Source: a virus. Taken from it: DNA of 64,000 nucleotides. The notes under the pieces were generated by a model that saw nothing but the letters and a program-made list of their open reading frames with translations, was not told the origin of the DNA and did not search any database. The stretch covers positions 27,272-91,271 of the IMG/VR virus record IMGVR_UViG_3300032265_001314. One strand, given 5' to 3'. This document shows positions 52,450-62,581 of the stretch, in pieces. Position 1 is the first letter of the stretch; the number at the start of each line of letters is the position of its first letter. A program made the position numbers and the translations under genes.

Positions 52450-52791
52450 ATGGGATTTTTCAGCTGGGAATGTGCTAAGACCGGATTGCCTATCCTCAAC
52501 GAATACACGGCAATCGGCGACTATGCGTTCGCTAACAGGGTAGTGGTCCTGTTCAAGGACGGCGGCGTTGCCAAGGGTAGCTATGATGGTTATGGCCGTG
52601 TGCGGAGCGAATTAGGCGTCATTGAGCTCGTTGAAATGAACGAGAAGGATTGGCGCATGGTGATCGAGCGCTTCTACGAGGGCGAGCCTTGGTCGGCGTT
52701 CCCCGTCAATCATAACGATCCCGGGCAGGGCCACTTCTATGACGAGGATGACCTGCATGAAATCTTTGAACTAGCTATGATAGACGCTTGA
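52450..52791 (+). CDS. hypothetical protein
   Basis: MGFFSW and YDGYG; GGAG RBS. Confidence 0.6.
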   Translation: MGFFSWECAKTGLPILNEYTAIGDYAFANRVVVLFKDGGVAKGSYDGYGRVRSELGVIELVEMNEKDWRMVIERFYEGEPWSAFPVNHNDPGQGHFYDEDDLHEIFELAMIDA

Positions 52792-53511
52792 CAAACCACT
52801 AAGCTGTGCTATTATACATTATAAACACTAACACACAACGGAGAACACGATGATGAACACTTGGGATTTCCTCGATAGCATCGATGATCGCATTACCTCT
52901 TATGTAGCCAAGATGGAAGAGGTACTAGCTGAGGATCTAGGATTGGATCGTCGTAGTGCTTACCGCTTGTATGTGGATGCCGATCGTACCTGTATCGCAG
53001 TGAGTGAGAGCTATGATCGCACACTCCAATATTACGGCGGGTTCGAGTATGTAGATAGAGAGTATCGCCGTGAGGTAGGTAACTGGGTGTTTTACTTTGC
53101 CGAAAGCGATCGTGTGCAGGGTCATCTGGAAAACCTCAACGATCTGCCCGAGCCTGAGACTGCGGATGATAATGCTCTCGCCGAGGAGTTTTGATATGAC
53201 GGGTTTCGCGAGCAAGCGCCTCATGGTACAGGATAAGATGGAGGGTGATGTGAGCACAGATTCACGCAAGCTGCTGTTGGAGCAGTTGGAAGAGATCGTG
53301 AGCCAAGCGCTCGAGCTGCTGGAGACTAGCGAGGATCTGCCCGACACCGCAGATGCTATTTGGAGCTCAATCAATGATGCTTGGCAAGCTATCAATGACG
53401 AACTCTTTGACATAGAAACCCAAAAAACCGCGACGATTGAACGTGCAACCCATTGACAAAGCCTGCGACTGTGCTATTATAAACTGTAAGCACAAAACAG
53501 AGGAGAGCGCA

Positions 53512-53640
53512 ATGCAAAAACAACGTAGTCCATATGCTAAAGCATTAGCGGATCCTCTGTTCCGCAAGCGCATCGTCGCGGCCCGCAAGGGCAAGGGTTC
53601 ATATAACCGTAAAAAGAAAGGCACTAAATGTCAGAACTGA
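53512..53640 (+). CDS. arfA: alternative ribosome rescue factor A-like peptide (42 aa)
   Basis: ALADPLFRKRIVAARKGKGSYNRK matches the ArfA core (DPLFRQR...KKGKGSYxRK); own promoter and GAGGAG RBS. Confidence 0.8.
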   Translation: MQKQRSPYAKALADPLFRKRIVAARKGKGSYNRKKKGTKCQN

Positions 53641-54644
53641 TTTTCTTTAAAGAAGGCACCTACACCCTGCAGGGTCGTCCGGCTAGCGTAGCCAACATGG
53701 TTTTTCCTCTCGTAGAGGGTCTGCGTGAGGACAGTGAAGGCGCTTATGTTACCGTCGATGCACGGGGCATCAAGCGTTTTCCGGATCGCAATATCCGTGT
53801 GCGTGTCGTTGGTAAGGACAGCTTTATTCCGCATAGCGGAACTGTGGTCCAGCATCTCGCAGAAGCTGTGAAGAATGAAACGGATCTAGAGATCAAAGAG
53901 CGGTTGCGTAAGCGTTTCGGTATCCTTAGCGATATGACCCGTGCTGCTAAAAGCGGTGATGTCCGTGCTGTTATCGTCAGCGGTCCTCCAGGTGTCGGCA
54001 AGAGCTACGGTGTTGAGCAAGAGCTTTCTAAGAATGATCTGTTTACCACTATCGCTAACAAGAAGCCCAAGTATGAAGTCGTCAAGGGTGCTATGAGCGC
54101 ACTGGGTCTTTATATCAAACTGCACGAATATAAGGACAAGGGCAATGTCATCGTATTTGATGATTGTGATAGCGTTCTGTTTGATGATCTTAGCCTTAAT
54201 ATTCTAAAGGCTGCGTTGGACACTAGCAAGCGGCGCACTATCAGTTGGAACACTGACAGCCGCATCTTGCGTGAAGAGAACATCCCCAACCGCTTTGACT
54301 TTGAAGCTAGTGCTATGTTCATCAGTAACATCAAGTTCGACAATGTCAAGAGCAAGAAGCTCAAGGATCATCTAGAAGCGCTCGAGAGCCGCTGCCATTA
54401 CGTGGATCTCACGATTAACAGTGAGCGCGACAAGATGCTGCGTATCCGACAGATCGTTGAAGACGGTATGCTGCGTGAGTATGGCCTCGAGTATGAGGAA
54501 GTAGAGCAGATCCTCAACTTCATCGACGCCAACAAGAAGCGGCTGCGTGAGCTCAGCTTGCGGACCGTGCTAAAGCTGGCAGATCTCAAGAAGAGCTTTG
54601 GTGATCGTTTCGAAGATTACGCCACGGTGACGCTGCTGCGCTAA
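53628..54644 (+). CDS. AAA-family ATPase
   Basis: GPPGVGKS, VFDDCD, ISN and ALESR motifs. Confidence 0.85.
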   Translation: MSELIFFKEGTYTLQGRPASVANMVFPLVEGLREDSEGAYVTVDARGIKRFPDRNIRVRVVGKDSFIPHSGTVVQHLAEAVKNETDLEIKERLRKRFGILSDMTRAAKSGDVRAVIVSGPPGVGKSYGVEQELSKNDLFTTIANKKPKYEVVKGAMSALGLYIKLHEYKDKGNVIVFDDCDSVLFDDLSLNILKAALDTSKRRTISWNTDSRILREENIPNRFDFEASAMFISNIKFDNVKSKKLKDHLEALESRCHYVDLTINSERDKMLRIRQIVEDGMLREYGLEYEEVEQILNFIDANKKRLRELSLRTVLKLADLKKSFGDRFEDYATVTLLR

Positions 54645-54657
54645 CTATACACGTGGT

Positions 54658-54699
54658 GGTCCTCGTGCTATGTGCTGTGTATGCTGTAGCACGAGGACC
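54658..54699 (+). terminator. 13-bp inverted repeat after the ATPase gene
   Basis: GGTCCTCGTGCTA/TAGCACGAGGACC; no U-tract. Confidence 0.4.
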
Positions 54700-55015
54700 C
54701 AGCTGTAGCCGCGTTTATAGCGGTTCTAGACGGTGTTTATAATGAGCAAAATGTGCTGCTGCACGAGGAGAGAACGATGACTAGAGACAGAGCAGGTGAG
54801 CGAGTGACTATAGATTCGATGGTATCTGATTGGTTGTCTAAAGGCAACACGATCACCAAGATAGAAGAGGGTCGCAAGACTGATCCAGCAGAGCTTAAGA
54901 ACCAGTGGGGGCGTCCACGTGCCAAGAAGCCAGTGTTGGACGAGCAGCCCGTTGACAAACCTAAAAAAGCTGCTAAAATTAAAAAGTAAGCTAAACACTA
55001 ACAGAGAGAACAGCT

Positions 55016-55621
55016 ATGCCAAATTGGTGCGATAATTCGGTTACTTTCACACACGAAGATCCCCTGCAGATCCAGCGTTTGATCGCTGCTTATAACGAAG
55101 GCACACTACTCAATGAGTTCATGCCTCTCCCAGAAGAGCTGCGTGAGACTACTAGCCCTATGAGTGCTGATGACAGTGATGAGGGCAGTCGACTGATTGA
55201 AAAGTATGGTTTTGCTAACTGGTATGATTGGTGCGTGAACACTTGGGGTACCAAGTGGGATATCGACAACAACGGTAACGGAGAAACCCTAGCAGAAGGT
55301 GCGACAGAAGTCACTATCAGCTTCCAGACCGCTTGGAGCTTCCCAGGTGGGTTTTATCAGCACATGGTAGACGAGCTGGGCTTTGGCGTCCGTGCTTTCT
55401 ACTACGAGCCCGGTATGTCGTTCTGTGGTCTGTGGGAAGATGGTGACGATGACTACTACGAGATCGAAGGCGACAGCAAGTGGGTCGAAGATCACATCCC
55501 CCGCACTATCGATGACTGTTTCGCTATCAGCGAGAACATGAGCCAATGGGAAGAAGAAGCTACGGCAGAAGAGATCCTCGCACCTTTCATCGCTGCTAAC
55601 ACTGACATGGAGACTGAATAA
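55016..55621 (+). CDS. DUF1281/YubB-like ferredoxin-fold protein
   Basis: MPNWC.N, WYDWC..WGTKWD, FQTAWS and YYEPG..FCG motifs. Confidence 0.75.
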   Translation: MPNWCDNSVTFTHEDPLQIQRLIAAYNEGTLLNEFMPLPEELRETTSPMSADDSDEGSRLIEKYGFANWYDWCVNTWGTKWDIDNNGNGETLAEGATEVTISFQTAWSFPGGFYQHMVDELGFGVRAFYYEPGMSFCGLWEDGDDDYYEIEGDSKWVEDHIPRTIDDCFAISENMSQWEEEATAEEILAPFIAANTDMETE

Positions 55622-55759
55622 TGTATCAGGTGACCTGCTATGACGATCGAGCCAATTTCTCTACACTTTCAGAAGCTAAGGCCTATGCCGAAAAGGCCAG
55701 CTGGATCGCTAACCAAACAGCGGAGATCCGCTGTCCAGATGGCAAGCGCATCACTGTTG

Positions 55760-56506
55760 ATGTCAATAAGCGATCATAAACCTTGGTTGATCGCACTGCT
55801 GCTGGTCTCAGCATCTGCGGGCGATACCCAGTGGCAAAAGACGATACCAGTAGCGGGCCCACAGCCCGCTACCCATGCTTCGCCATACGGTGAGCTTGAC
55901 TATAGGATCGCTTCGGCTCCTCTGTTAGCCCCGCCCACAGCAGGAGCACCGCCGCTGGAACAGCCCCTAGCCCATCTGATCGAGCATGAGGTAGCCGTCG
56001 AAGAACCCATGCATATACCGTTCCTAGTACCTCCCATACCTCCCGCTAGGCCCAAGCGGTTCGCTCCTAACCAAGACGAGATATTCGATGAGGTCAATCG
56101 CATCGCGCAGGCCGAAGGTGTGCCCACGTTCCTAGCGCAGGACATCATCAAGCAGGAAAGCCGCTACGATCCCACGGTAACTAATGGACGGGCCATGGGG
56201 TTGGGGCAGATCAAATGTGCTACCGCACGTGGTGTGGGTTTCCGAGGTGACTGCCACGAGCTGCTGGATGTCAAGACCAACCTCGTCTACAGTATGCGCT
56301 ATCTCCGGCAGGCTCTGGATCTAGCACACGGCGACTTCTGCCATGCTGCTACCCTCTACAATAGGGGGTTTGCTACTACCGCTACCACCAGCAGCTATTG
56401 TGATAGCCTAGTGAGGACCATGAGGGCGGAAAGCAGGGATAGCAGAAAACCATTGACAACGACCAAAAAGAAGCGTAAAGTCAGACATAAAGGCGAGGCA
56501 AAATGA
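55760..56506 (+). CDS. lytic transglycosylase (SLT domain)
   Basis: QESRYDP, GLGQI, TNL.Y.MRYL and YN.G; Pro-rich linker; start uncertain. Confidence 0.85.
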   Translation: MSISDHKPWLIALLLVSASAGDTQWQKTIPVAGPQPATHASPYGELDYRIASAPLLAPPTAGAPPLEQPLAHLIEHEVAVEEPMHIPFLVPPIPPARPKRFAPNQDEIFDEVNRIAQAEGVPTFLAQDIIKQESRYDPTVTNGRAMGLGQIKCATARGVGFRGDCHELLDVKTNLVYSMRYLRQALDLAHGDFCHAATLYNRGFATTATTSSYCDSLVRTMRAESRDSRKPLTTTKKKRKVRHKGEAK

Positions 56507-56596
56507 GGACACACATGGTACGGATCATCAGACTGTTTTGGTCACTGAGAGAGTGGCAGCGCATGACCCTGTTGGGCTTGATCGGTGGTTTGATCT

Positions 56597-58447
56597 ATGC
56601 AGCCGCACACTGACAAGTGGCGCCAGATACGCTATGACCCCCAACTGGACGGAGAGGATCGCTTGAGGCAGTGGCTCGATAGGAACGTGGGCGAGAGACT
56701 TTGGTTGCATAGCTTTGGCAAAGACGGAACGCAGGATCGCAAGAGCAAGCGTGGCTACTGGATAGCGTTCCATCCCAGTGTGCCCGAGAAGCTGTTGGTA
56801 TTGTTCACGTTGAGGTGGTTAGGCGATGCTGGTATTTAACGATTGGAGCCCTTGGCGCGAGAGGTTCGCTTGGTTCCCCAAGCAGCTGGAGATACGACGC
56901 TATCTGAGCGAACGTGATCTGGGCTATTGGACCACAGACACGCGATGGGTCTGGCTGAAGACCTACTACGAACGCGAGCATCGGAACGGCCTAGTGGGCC
57001 GCGGTGTGCATCCCATCATATACGATCACGAGACGGATCTTTTTGGAGTCTTACGCAAGTCATGAATCATACAGGTGATGTGATACACACGTTTTCAAAC
57101 CTCGAGGGCATCGGCCGCTGCATCAATCCCCTTACCACACGGGGTGCGACTTCACAGCAGAAGCTGTGGGCAGAAACACACTGCCAAGGCGAATGGGTCT
57201 GCAGCCAGATCTATGCTATCGATAGCGATACCCTATGGCTGTTTGAGCACGAAGCGGATAGGCTGCTATTCGCATTGAGATGGAGCGATCGTGGCAAGTA
57301 AGCTAGAACGAGAGAACCTAGTCCGTGTGCTAAGGGATCAAAAGCCCCTGCAGAACTGGGCCTGCAGGCTGGGACTGCAACGCTGGACACGTTGGGTATA
57401 CGAAGAGCGTTCTATAAATGCGGTCACGTTTGCACCAGAAGGCCGAGGCATCCAATACTGTGAGTGCGAACACTGTGGTTTCACACGCATGGAAAGACCC
57501 TATTCTAAGACATTATACAAGGAGAAATAGATGAAGCTGTGGCAGTATATAAAGCATTCAGATCTCTCGATCAAGCTATTCCTCAATCCCTGTAGTTGGT
57601 TCACCAATCCCCTAGATTGGGACTGCCACTGGGGCTCTACATACATGGATCCCGGCCTAGTGCTATATGCTACCATCAGGTTCCTCTTCGTACGGGTCCA
57701 CATACATATAGATGACGGAAGCTGGTAATGAGGACACCCGAACTGCTAATGCTATTGGCTCTGCTGTTAAGCGCGATCAATGCGGCTTTCTTATGGTTTG
57801 ATCTGGGTGTGAGGCTATGGTAGAAGAACGCCCCACGCTAGATCAACTGCTAGAGAGCCGTGTGGCCTATAAGTGGCCCTACACTGTGCCTATTGGTTTC
57901 CACGATGTCAAGACAGTAAGCCATTGGTGTGAAGACAACTGCCAATACCAATGGCGCAGAGATCCTTGGCAGAACACGTGGCTGTTCCAAGACGATCGTG
58001 ATGCGGTCCTATTCACACTCAAATGGGGCAACCGTGACCATAGATGATCTCATAACAGAGACCCTAGCGTGGCTCGACTATCACAGACGACAGAACAACA
58101 GGATAGAAGCTGCTGCCGCAGCCATACGCCTCAGAGCACTACGAGACTGCAAGGAGCTGACCAATGGAAGACACTAGATACAGTGCCATCACCCTACTGA
58201 TCATCTGTTTGGCGTTCAGTAGCTGTAGCATTAGCGATGGCATAAACAGGCACGGACTATGCGTAAGCCAATGCACCACGACCTACAACCGATAGGCCGA
58301 TGGCAATACACGGGCATAGCACCTATGAGCGTGATAGTTAAATGGTGCGAAGCCAAACTGCCCAAACACATGTGGCGGTATGACTGGGATACCATACACT
58401 TCTATGATGGTAAAGCCCACACACTGTTCCTACTAAGGTGGAGCTAA
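56597..58447 (+). CDS. cluster of small ORFs including FxL[RK]W proteins (56597-56839, 57062-57301, 57817-58047, 58259-58447) and Zn-ribbon 57291-57530
   Basis: LFTLRWL, LFALRWS, LFTLKWG and LFLLRWS ends; CEHCG. Confidence 0.6.
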
Positions 58448-59439
58448 GAGCCCCTAACAGTCACGAAGTGACCCGCGGCGCCGCGATTTTTATAAGTATG
58501 ATCATGCAACCAGAACTAGACCCAGAAGATGCGAAACTGCTAGTGATAGCCGCAGCCACAGTGATCACAGTGATAGCGGGGAGCCTCATAGTGGCGGGGA
58601 TACTAGCATGGATAGCTTAACTTACCTACGACACTTATACGACATACTGAGCTTTGAAGAACTGAGAAAAGCCATAGAAGACTATGAAAGGTTATTAAAT
58701 GCCCAAGCTGATGTTAGCAATGATCTACCCAACAGTGATGATACAGAGCCTCGTGCTAATGAACCTAGCAGTGATCGTTAATGCACTAGACCCCGCTGTA
58801 TATACAAGAAAGTAGACCCCGCTGCGATGACCCGTATACCCACAACAAGACCCGTAGTGAACAATGACGCACCCGCCGTGCCAGAAGACACTTGTCCCTA
58901 CATAGATATGGTGCTAGAAGCTGTAGACAGGATAAGCAACTGTAAGGATGAGAGCTGGCGGCGCCAACAGGTTGAATTGGTAGGACATCTACTAGAGCAT
59001 ATACGTGCGGCCAATAGCCAACTGAGGACTACTAGCAAGTTCTGGAGAGATAGGGCCAAACGTGTTTAGTGAGAAGCGAAAGGGTGATATGTGGATAAGC
59101 CACACTGTGCTAACAGATAACCAAAAGGAACTGTTGCGTAACAGTGGAGTGACCGTAGCTGCTATGGATAGTGTGCGTATCACTATAATGGAAACATTTG
59201 ACAGTCGTGGTGAGACACTGATGCGCTTGGTCGCTGGGGATACAGTAGTGACCTTTATGGGCCGCAAGAGGATGAGATCAGAATGAATAGGCATAGCATC
59301 ATAGCTGAGCTGGTAGCCCAGCTTTCAATCATACTGGTAATGGGGATAGTGCTGTGGCCCGTGATACGGGTCCTGCTAGCGTGGGCTGTAGAGTGAGCAG
59401 ATCCATAGGCATCCTCATTGGTGGCCGAGTGGGGTCTGT

Positions 59440-59472
59440 TTGGGACAGGATTGGGACAGGATTGGGACAGGA
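59440..59472 (+). repeat. 3 x TTGGGACAGGA tandem repeat
   Basis: Three perfect 11-bp units. Confidence 0.9.
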
Positions 59473-60011
59473 TCCGAATAATGATATAAACATATCTTTA
59501 TATCATTTTTGCATAGCCTGTCGTCACCATCACCGCCAAAATATCGTTAGCCTGTTTCCACCCTATCGCCACCGTTCAAACGGTCCAATCGCCACATTCT
59601 AGCCCACAGTCACTATAGCCTGCCACTGTGGATCAGTTATAACTTACAGTATAGCATAGCACAATGGCTTGTCTAGCGGATCCTGTGAGCAATATAGCCA
59701 TTGACGAGTCCATATAGTGTGCTATTATACATTATAAACACTAAGCAAAACGGAGCAGACATTATGGATTTAATAGCAACAAAAAACAAAGCTGCACTAA
59801 TGGAAGCCCTGCATACAGTTGGCATCCTGCTTGCACAATGCACTATTGATGGTGAAAGCGTGGATGAGGGCTGTGATGGCAGCTTTGAGCTGTTGGATGC
59901 GCTACACGCATTGGAAGAGAAATGCGATTACTACGTGGACTAACTGCCCATTGACAGTCCGCTATAACGTGCTACTATACATTATAAACACTGCAAACGA
60001 CGGAGCTGCGC

Positions 60012-60437
60012 ATGTATAACATTACACGTATGGATGATGGCTTTGAGTTATCTATAGCTGTTCCAAAAGGTGAACAGTTTGCGGGTGTAGGCATAACTGC
60101 TATTGACCTGTTTGTTTTTGCTAACACGGACGATGGCTGTGGTGACCTAGCTGTTGCGTGGGATGTGGCGGGCCTGGCTAACACGGGTGGTGGCGATATG
60201 GGTTCACTGCTTATGCGCGGATGGGATGATGCTGTTGGTAGGGTTATGGGTGAGTTTTACTGGGATGGTGGCTACACGGATCGCTTGTGTGGACTGCTTA
60301 TAGCTGCTGGCGTTCCGGAGAGTGTGGCAGCTAATGTTGGCACTAGCGAGTGGGGTATGCAGGACGAGGGGCGTGCTAGCTATGACGCTTATGAGCTTGC
60401 GGACTGGGTGCGAGAGCAGGTGGCTGTGATGGCATAA
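60012..60437 (+). CDS. early hypothetical protein
   Basis: Promoter plus GGAG; SEWGMQ motif. Confidence 0.6.
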   Translation: MYNITRMDDGFELSIAVPKGEQFAGVGITAIDLFVFANTDDGCGDLAVAWDVAGLANTGGGDMGSLLMRGWDDAVGRVMGEFYWDGGYTDRLCGLLIAAGVPESVAANVGTSEWGMQDEGRASYDAYELADWVREQVAVMA

Positions 60438-60499
60438 GACCCCGCTGTGCTTATACACATATAGACCCCGCTGCGGGTACCAATCACGAGGAGCACAAA

Positions 60500-60703
60500 A
60501 TGGCTAATATGAGCTACTGCCGGTTTGAAAACACGTTCAAGGACCTCTATGACTGCTACCAAGCTGTGCTCAATATGGACGGCGAAAGCTATGAAGAGCT
60601 CAGCGACGGAGAGCGATCTTATCTCGAGAGCCTGCGTGAACTCTGTGGTCGCTTCCAAGAAGAAACAGAGTGGTTGGCTAAATTATCTAGAGAAACTGCT
60701 TGA
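60500..60703 (+). CDS. conserved phage protein (MSYCRFENT type)
   Basis: MANMSYCRFENT; GAGGAG RBS. Confidence 0.65.
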   Translation: MANMSYCRFENTFKDLYDCYQAVLNMDGESYEELSDGERSYLESLRELCGRFQEETEWLAKLSRETA

Positions 60704-61002
60704 CAGTCCAGCTGTTAGCTGCTATTATACTGTATAAGCTAAACAAACGAGGTACACTATGTCAAACGCTGTTAAAGTCGTCCGCGCTCTTGCTAATGCC
60801 ACTGGGCCAAAGACTGTGTTTAACGATCGGCTCGTGGATGGTACACGTAGCATCAAGGTGTGGGGTTGGCAGCGTGAGGACTATACAAAGGCAGTGGCTG
60901 TGCTGCGCTCAGTGGGATTATCGGGCAAGGTCGTCCGCGTTAACAACGGTTATAGCCGCAACCAGTACCGGTTGTGGGTGGCATAAGTATAATTACAGTT
61001 AG

Positions 61003-61079
61003 GGGCTTGTAGCTCAATTGGTTAGAGCGTCGGACTCATAATCCGCAGGTTCACAGTTCAAGTCTGTGCAGGCCCACCA
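61003..61079 (+). tRNA. tRNA-CAU, probably tRNA-Ile2 (lysidine)
   Basis: GGGCTTG/CAGGCCC ACCA; loop CT-CAT-AA; G1-C72 pair and no 3xGC anticodon stem, so not an initiator. Confidence 0.85.
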
Positions 61080-61087
61080 ACTACCCC

Positions 61088-61170
61088 GTCCGCGTGGTGA
61101 AACTGGTAGACACAAGAGACTTAAAATCTCTCGCTACGGCGTGCCGGTTCGATTCCGGCCGCGGACACCA
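61088..61170 (+). tRNA. tRNA-Leu(UAA)
   Basis: GTCCGCG/CGCGGAC ACCA; AGAGA CT-TAA-AA TCTCT; variable arm. Confidence 0.93.
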
Positions 61171-61684
61171 AAAGCTGTTGTATGGGGGTGTTGTTGCTGA
61201 TATGCAACACCTCCCATGTGCTCGACGAGCCACACCGTGCTCAAGATGCAACACCGTGTTCAAAATGCCACTGTTGCTCTGGCGCAACACCTTGTTTTCT
61301 GCTACGATCTCCAGTATAGCACGCCTGCGTGGTGCGTCAAGCGGTTTTCCAGGTTTTTTTGGCGCGGAAGGTGGATCAGGTTTCGCCAACACTCCCGGCT
61401 CCCCACTAGCTGGACCTCATGTATACAATAGCACACCTAGCGGCTGCGTCTACCTTTTGGGGCCAAAAAGAAAGCCAAAGAAAGTCCAAAAAAGATCGCT
61501 GAAACGCTAGACGTGCGCTCTAGAGGTGCTATTATGCATTATAACGAGAGCACAGAGCACTAGCACAAAAACAAAAAAGCGCACAAAAACAAAAACAAAA
61601 AAAAAGCGCAGAGACAGTTGACGTGTAGTGCAGAGGTGTTATTGTTATTATGTAGGCAACGAAACGCAAACAGGAGCTTTGCAC

Positions 61685-61930
61685 ATGGCTAAGAACTTCA
61701 CTGTAGTTGGTACTTCCGTCCTCAACGGCGCTCTCAAGATGCGCTTTGCAACGGATTTGGTAACCCGCATTAAGGTGCTGGGGCGTAACGGACACGATGC
61801 GATCAAGCTGGTTGAGTGCCCTGCGATGGGCAAGGTTGATGCGGCTAAGTGGGTTGCGACGCAGGCGGGCTTTGGGGACGACGCGACGCAGGCTGTGATT
61901 GCGGACTTTATCAAGCGCAACGAGGCGTGA
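61685..61930 (+). CDS. early hypothetical protein
   Basis: Promoter at 61618 plus AGGAG; KMRFA.D...R.KVL. Confidence 0.65.
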   Translation: MAKNFTVVGTSVLNGALKMRFATDLVTRIKVLGRNGHDAIKLVECPAMGKVDAAKWVATQAGFGDDATQAVIADFIKRNEA

Positions 61931-62365
61931 GGCATCGAGCAGGGCGGCGGTTGACGTGCTGTCGCCCTGTGCTATTATGAAGCATAAGATGAGGAGCGGG
62001 CAAATGAATACGGCGCACCAATTGGCGATACTCATAGCAGCCCACGAAATGGGCGACGACTACGGAAAAGATGAGGTTACGATACGGGCTATCGTAGAAG
62101 ATCTGGGCTTTGATGAGGCTTTGGTCCGTGAGGTCCTAGCAGGTGCGACTGGAGGTTGACAGCAGGCGCAGGCGTGCTATTATAAGACATAAGATGAGGA
62201 GATGAAGCAATGGTTTACATCGTAACAATCACTATGCAGGACGGTCGCAGCCTCATCCAAGGCGTGTATGGCAGCAAGGCTCGCGCCGATAAGGAAGCGG
62301 CCCGCATACAGGCGACCCTGCAGGATATGCTGGTCACGGTCACAGAGACGCAGATCATCGATTGA

Positions 62366-62580
62366 GAATTCAAAGATAGCGGTGGCGGCACCGCGGGCGA
62401 AGCACCCACGAAGCTGGGGTTGGCGGCTAGCATCAGCTGGCAAGCGAGACAAATGCCGCACCTTGTGGTTGTGGGTGACTCATTGTGGAACCCTCCGAGC
62501 AATCACAGGCTGCTCGTTAATCCGATGCTGTGTGTGTGGTTACTGGTGACACTCCTAAGCTGCAGGAACCTTAATTAATT
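62366..62580 (+). ncRNA. candidate structured ncRNA upstream of tRNA-Thr
   Basis: GC-rich, multiple helices, no credible ORF. Confidence 0.45.
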
Positions 62581-62581
62581 C

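Larger units (their letters stand above)
12983..60473 (+). repeat. dispersed strand-polarised 11-mer AGACCCCGCTG (12 copies)
   Basis: Starts at 12983, 17618, 33453, 35678, 37236, 37475, 42465, 45234, 58788, 58814, 60437, 60463. Confidence 0.9.

Noticed and set aside
61079-61220. Theta/HDV-like ribozyme after the tRNAs
   Set aside because: Only a simple hairpin/palindrome is visible; I could not build the nested double pseudoknot.
61192-61289. Palindromes as CRP/Clr (cAMP) sites linked to the cyclase
   Set aside because: The spacing is TGTT-N10-AACA (18 bp), not the 16-bp CRP/Clr geometry.
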